Of a DNA stretch of 64,000 nucleotides, positions 59,632-64,000 are shown piece by piece. Made by a program: the position numbers and the translations under genes. The first letter of the stretch is position 1. Each line of letters starts with the position of its first letter. The DNA lies in contig WJKM01000016.1 of assembly GCA_014729085.1 (NCBI GenBank), positions 36,598 to 100,597 on the forward strand, read 5' to 3'. The notes beneath the pieces were generated by a model. It saw nothing but the letters and a program-made list of their open reading frames with translations, did not search any database and was not told the DNA's origin. This DNA comes from Candidatus Dojkabacteria bacterium (GTDB taxonomy: Bacteria > Patescibacteriota > Dojkabacteria > B142 > WJKM01).

Positions 59632-60255
59632 TTGATTAAAAGAAAAAAGGAAGAACGATTTTCTAAAAAAGTATTCACAAATGAGCAGTCTTCATTTATC
59701 AGCACTCCTGAATATGTTGCTGAACATGTTGTTGATACAATTCTTGGTTTGGGAGATTTTAGGTCAGCTGTTGAACTTTGTAGTTGTGTTGGCTCTACAT
59801 GTATTCAGCTGGGCAGACACCTTGATAAGGTTGTTGGGATAGAAATTGATGAGGATAGAGTAGTTATGGCCAGGAAAAATGCAATACTGTACGGTGTAGA
59901 TAATGTGCAGTTTATTAGGGGAGATGTTTTGGACATTAAACTATTAAAATCAATTAATGCTGATATTGCATTTCTTGATCCGGGCTGGTCTACAAGGCTG
60001 ATGGATAGATCAAGTCATGTATCAGATATCGATTCAACCAATCCCAGCCTAAGGAAGATGTTTGATTTGACTAAAAGACACATAACTGAAAATATCATCG
60101 CCAGAATACCTGCTACATTTAACTTCGGGACTTTGAAAGAACTGGGGAAGTGTAGATTAGAAAATATAATAATCAATAATGAACTTGTTTTTAAGTTTGC
60201 ATATTTTATTGGCGAATATAAAAGATGTGAAGAAGAGGATGTTGTGTTTGAATAA
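59632..60255 (+). CDS. TGS1-like SAM-dependent methyltransferase, paralog B (inverted relative to paralog A)
   Basis: The 207-aa protein is about 65% identical to 48763..49386 and shares ELCSCVGSTCIQL and LDPGWSTR. Confidence 0.5.
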   Translation: MIKRKKEERFSKKVFTNEQSSFISTPEYVAEHVVDTILGLGDFRSAVELCSCVGSTCIQLGRHLDKVVGIEIDEDRVVMARKNAILYGVDNVQFIRGDVLDIKLLKSINADIAFLDPGWSTRLMDRSSHVSDIDSTNPSLRKMFDLTKRHITENIIARIPATFNFGTLKELGKCRLENIIINNELVFKFAYFIGEYKRCEEEDVVFE

Positions 60256-60286
60256 ATTTTGATTGGTTTAAAAATATGTGATTAAT

Positions 60287-60520
60287 AATGGGAAAATAAA
60301 ATTAATAATATTTGATTGGGATGATGTTTTTACTCTTGGTTCCACAGAAGGTTATCTTAACTATTATCATTAAACATTAGTTGATCTAGGAGTAGAGCTG
60401 ATTCCAAAGAGGAAAAAAGACGTGTCTTTTACCTGTACTTTCTGGACATCTTAACAGAACTGAAGCAGAATCTTTAAGGGTAGAGCACATCATTCCAGAC
60501 GTTACATCTATTGAAGATTT
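60287..60520 (+). pseudogene. remnant of a HAD-family hydrolase
   Basis: NGKIKLIIFDWDDVFTLGSTEGY is HAD motif I (DxD). It is followed by stops and out-of-frame HAD-like pieces, and no intact ORF remains. Confidence 0.35.
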
Positions 60521-60559
60521 GATAAATAAATAACTTAATAACTGTAGATAAGAATAAAT

Positions 60560-61314
60560 TAAGAATAGCTGTAAGCCAATTCCCGGTAAAGCAGGATATT
60601 CATCACAATTTTAAGTATATTAGAAAACATATTTTATATTCAGCTCAGAAAAATGCTGATGTAATTCATTTCCCTGAAACTGCATTATCCGGATATGAAA
60701 CCGATGTAAAGACCATCAACTGGACTAGTTTAGATAAGAGTCTAAATAGTATTAAAAAACTAGCTGGAGAAAATAAAATATATGTTGTGTTGGGTATTCA
60801 TAAGAAAAAGCAAAATTTTTTAAAACCTTTTAATTCTGCCATTTTAATTTCAAAATTAGGTAACATAGTTGGTTCTTATTCAAAAAACTATCTGTATAAA
60901 GATGAGCTAGAACGTTTCAGCTGTAGAAGCAATTTCTTTGTGAAGAAAATCAATGGTATTAAATGCGGCTTTCTTATTTGTTACGATTCATGTTTTCCTA
61001 AGTTGTTTGAACAATATAAGAGTAGAGGAGTAAAAATATTATTTTTGTCATACCACAATACAAACAGCAGTAAATCAAGAAACAGTCTGGATGATCTTAT
61101 GAAAGCCCAACTTAGAACCCGGGCTGCTGATTACGGAATGTACATTTCCGGCAGTAATTCCTCTTCTAGGTATTCAAGAATCCCATCAAGTGTTGCAAGT
61201 CCAGATGGAAAATTAGTTAGTCTTGAAAGGCATAAGCCCAGTGTATTAATATATGACTATCCGGATAGAAATCTAGGATGGACTTATAATAATTCAAAAG
61301 ATCCAACAGGTTGA
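60560..61314 (+). pseudogene. carbon-nitrogen hydrolase (nitrilase superfamily) gene with a frameshift and no canonical start
   Basis: Frame A gives LRIAVSQFPVKQDI. Frame B gives HHNFKYIRKHILYSAQKNADVIHFPETALSGYETD and continues through CGFLICYDSCFPKLFEQ, the catalytic Cys. The frames switch near 60596..60600, and frame A has no ATG/GTG/TTG. Confidence 0.5.
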
Positions 61315-61342
61315 TTTTTGTCTGACCGCTATTATTAAATAA

Positions 61343-61573
61343 ATGATTTTTTATTCATCAGGCTTTAAAAGAGGAGATGTTTTCCTTATTGGTTTCTATG
61401 AAGGAAATAATTTTTTTGAAATTTCTAAAAATGATAGTGGTAAAGTATCTTTACTTAGAATAGAAAGCAGTGCAGGAAATGTTTTTTCTGAATCATTTAC
61501 AAAGGATGAGACCCTGAACTCTTTAAAGGTGTTTTGGTCTTCATTTGATTATTCACTTATTAATAAGTCATGA
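61343..61573 (+). CDS. small hypothetical protein
   Basis: The 76-aa ORF overlaps the next gene by 4 nt (ATGA), which suggests translational coupling. Confidence 0.35.
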   Translation: MIFYSSGFKRGDVFLIGFYEGNNFFEISKNDSGKVSLLRIESSAGNVFSESFTKDETLNSLKVFWSSFDYSLINKS

Positions 61574-62499
61574 ATCTTTCATCAAAAAAATTTTCAGAAA
61601 TATCAAAATTTGTTAAAACAAAAGCTCGTAAGTTAGATAAGAGCCTTTTTACCTATTATTTCGAGAATAATTCAGCAGAAAATGTTTTAAAAGATTTAAG
61701 AAAATATCAAAATGAAGATGATGGATTTGGACATGGTTTGGAACCTGATTTTACTACCAACTCTTCTTCTGCAATTGCAACCTGCGTGGCTATGCAATAC
61801 ATCAACAAGTTAAATATTCAAGGTAATCATTTTATAATAGATCAAATACTAAACTATTTCACTAATACTTTTTCTAATAAATATCAAAGATGGAGACCTG
61901 TTCCGGATGATGTCAATAAATCTCCCCACGCACCTTGGTGGCACATTGATGAGAAAACTGGGATGTGTCCAATTGATAATAATTGGGACAACCCGACGGT
62001 AGAAATCCTTGGATATTTACACAAATATGACAACAATTTTCCTAAAAAGAAATTAAAGGAAATGACTAATAAAGCAGTTATGAGGCTTTTGGGCGAAGAA
62101 AGTATCCCGGAGCATAGTCTGTATTGTTACCAAATTTTTTATTCATATGCAGATCAGGAAGTAAAACAGAGTATTAAATCAAGACTATTTGAAAGAATTC
62201 GGGATATTGTAAATAAAGATAGCAAAGACTGGAGAGAAAAATATGTTCCTAAACCGTTAGATTTTGTAAGCATCCCAGATGCTCCATTTTATAATCTATT
62301 GAATGATCTAGTAGATAAGAACTTAGATTTCCTTATTAAAAGTATAGAAAACAATAAGGCTTGGTTTCCTACCTGGAGTTGGGGGCAGTACGAGAAAGAC
62401 TGGGAGAAAGCTAGAATGGAGTGGACTGGGAAAATTACTGTTGATAATCTGATAATTTTAAAAAAGTTCGGTAGAATCGAAGATAAAGTCAATATTTAA
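61570..62499 (+). CDS. hypothetical protein
   Basis: The 309-aa product has a QNEDDGFGHGLEPD segment that weakly resembles QxxDGGW repeats of alpha/alpha-toroid proteins. I recognise no family. Confidence 0.4.
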   Translation: MNLSSKKFSEISKFVKTKARKLDKSLFTYYFENNSAENVLKDLRKYQNEDDGFGHGLEPDFTTNSSSAIATCVAMQYINKLNIQGNHFIIDQILNYFTNTFSNKYQRWRPVPDDVNKSPHAPWWHIDEKTGMCPIDNNWDNPTVEILGYLHKYDNNFPKKKLKEMTNKAVMRLLGEESIPEHSLYCYQIFYSYADQEVKQSIKSRLFERIRDIVNKDSKDWREKYVPKPLDFVSIPDAPFYNLLNDLVDKNLDFLIKSIENNKAWFPTWSWGQYEKDWEKARMEWTGKITVDNLIILKKFGRIEDKVNI

Positions 62500-62697
62500 T
62501 GACATGAGCTGGATCGCATTATAGGATATAGCAGATATTGGGCTTTAGAACATTTAAGCTGGTATAGAAGCGGGAAAATATGCTAAAATATAGCTGTTAA
62601 AGGAAATGTTTTAAGAAGAAATATGATTTGATTAACTCCAAACACACTTCACTTATTCACATATTCCAGTAAATTAATTATTAGCTGTATATTTTAT

Positions 62698-63999
62698 ATG
62701 GTAAGAAAAAATAGTAAAAAGAAAAAAGAAAAAAAGGTAAGAATTATACCTATTGGAGGACTTGATTTTGTCGGCCTTAACTGCACAGCAATTGAATATG
62801 ACAATCAAATTATTATTATTGATGCTGGGATAGGCTTTCCTACAAATGATCAATATGGTGTTGACTGTTTAATTCCAAATCCAAAATATTTAAAAAAGAA
62901 TTCAAAGAAAATTAAGGGATTGTTAATCACACACGGCCACCAGGACCATATTGGGGCCATTCCCTATTTAATCAGGGATATGGGCTTCCCGACCATTTAT
63001 ACAACAAAATTTGTAAAAGACATGGTTTTAAATAAATTTAAATCTGACTTTAAGGATTTATATTCCAAAGTAAAGATTAAAACTGTCTCTACAAAGAGCA
63101 AATTGACATTTGGAAGTATTAAAACAAGTTTTTTTGGGGTCAATCATAGTATTCCCGAAGCTCAAGGTGTAATCATTAAAACCCCAGCTGGAACTATTGT
63201 CCATACAGGAGATTTTAAGTTTGATAATTCTCCTCTTGAACAACCTTGTACAGAATATTCAAAGATTGCGAAAGTCGGAGCAGAAGGGGTATTATGTTTA
63301 CTCTCGGATTCAACAAACAGTTACGAAGAAGGCCATTGTATGACTGAAAGAGAAATTGGGAGAAAATTAGAAGATTTGATTTCGGAGGAAAAGGGGAGGG
63401 TTATAATTGCCACATTTTCATCCCTTGTAACGAGGGTTTCATCTCTATTAAAGATCGCAAGAAAGTATAAGAGGAAAGTTTTTGTTAGTGGAAGAAGTCT
63501 GCATGAGATAATCAAAATTGCAAAATCCCATGGATATATAGATGTTCCGGAAAGCTTATTCATTAAGGGGCATGAACTTAAGGATTACAAAGACAATCAG
63601 ATTATGGTTCTTTCTACAGGCTCTCAAGGCGAAACTATGGCTGCTTTGAGTAGAATGGCAAGAAAAGAACATAGAGAGATTAAGATTAAGGATGGAGACA
63701 CCGTAATTTTATCTGCATCTGTAATACCTGGTAATGGAGCTTACGTCCAAGATGTTATTGATTCCCTTACAAAATTTGGAGCAAATGTTTATCATAATGA
63801 CATTATGAATCTGCATACCACAGGCCATGCACACAAAGAAGAACAAAAATTAATGATACGCTTAACTCAACCTAAATATTTCATGCCTGTTCACGGTTAT
63901 CTTTCGTTTTTGTCAGAACATGCTAAAACAGCAGAAAAGGTAGGAATCAAGAAAAAAAATATCATAATGGCATCTAATGGAGATGTTATTGAAATGGAT
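62698..63999 (+). CDS. rnj: ribonuclease J (metallo-beta-lactamase + beta-CASP), cut off at the window end
   Basis: The ATG is at 62698. It contains IPIGGLDFVGLNC, LITHGHQDHIGAIPYL (the HxHxDH motif), GDFKFD and HTTGHA. It is open to the end of the window and is absent from the ORF track because there is no stop. Confidence 0.85.
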   Translation, partial: MVRKNSKKKKEKKVRIIPIGGLDFVGLNCTAIEYDNQIIIIDAGIGFPTNDQYGVDCLIPNPKYLKKNSKKIKGLLITHGHQDHIGAIPYLIRDMGFPTIYTTKFVKDMVLNKFKSDFKDLYSKVKIKTVSTKSKLTFGSIKTSFFGVNHSIPEAQGVIIKTPAGTIVHTGDFKFDNSPLEQPCTEYSKIAKVGAEGVLCLLSDSTNSYEEGHCMTEREIGRKLEDLISEEKGRVIIATFSSLVTRVSSLLKIARKYKRKVFVSGRSLHEIIKIAKSHGYIDVPESLFIKGHELKDYKDNQIMVLSTGSQGETMAALSRMARKEHREIKIKDGDTVILSASVIPGNGAYVQDVIDSLTKFGANVYHNDIMNLHTTGHAHKEEQKLMIRLTQPKYFMPVHGYLSFLSEHAKTAEKVGIKKKNIIMASNGDVIEMD

Positions 64000-64000
64000 A

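Noticed and set aside
48763-60255. The inverted methyltransferase paralogs could be recent inverted repeats of an invertible or composite element.
   Set aside because: Nucleotide identity is only about 70% with many indels, so they are old paralogs rather than recent inverted-repeat arms.
63058-63563. The minus-strand ORFs 63058..63243 and 63321..63563 were listed by the ORF track.
   Set aside because: They are antisense to the strongly conserved RNase J coding sequence.
1-64000. An alternative genetic code, for example UGA recoding as in some CPR lineages, was considered.
   Set aside because: Long conserved genes (lepA, eno, gap, pgk, trxB) terminate with TAA, TAG or TGA at the expected lengths, and no in-frame TGA is needed inside conserved domains.

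Overview
This window is a low-GC (about 30%) bacterial sequence. The evidence for Bacteria is a type-A RNase P RNA, lepA, and a tRNA-Pro with a C1:G72 pair and A73. Genes are densely packed and there are many tandem paralogs and pseudogenes, which fits a reduced or symbiont-like genome, possibly Patescibacteria/CPR-like (inference only). It uses the standard genetic code, since all three stop codons terminate long ORFs.

Core content:
- A VirB4-like type IV secretion ATPase sits at the left edge.
- rnpB (RNase P RNA) was missed by the ORF track.
- A DsbA-like oxidoreductase is paired with a large Cys-rich secreted protein that carries a dockerin.
- A CsoR-family regulator is followed by trxA and trxB.
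- Other housekeeping genes are gpmI, lepA, a polyprenyl diphosphate synthase, a sensor histidine kinase, Nnr, a YhaM-like nuclease, eno, and tRNA-Gln.
- Secreted or surface proteins include a C39-like peptidase and an SLH/HExxH protein.
- A glycolytic block carries fba, gap, pgk, pfk and an archaeal-type tpi.
- RNase J is cut off at the right edge.

Accessory and unusual content:
- Two standalone CheY-like receivers sit in tandem.
- Three HTH-XRE+GAF regulator paralogs sit in tandem, with a duplicated ~300-bp upstream region that carries a conserved palindrome.
- A ~10-kb region (48.7-60.3 kb) is bracketed by two diverged TGS1-like methyltransferase paralogs in inverted orientation. It holds tRNA-Gly, a 5' fragment of tRNA-Pro, three 52-bp tandem hairpin repeats, a small GIY-YIG gene overlapping an intact tRNA-Pro, an XRE gene plus an OLD-family (ATPase+TOPRIM) nuclease, and a secreted DUF2341-metallophosphoesterase.
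- A decay zone holds a deaminase pseudogene, a HAD fragment and a frameshifted CN-hydrolase.
- Several genes appear to lack a canonical start codon, and one acidic protein is split by a single in-frame TAA.
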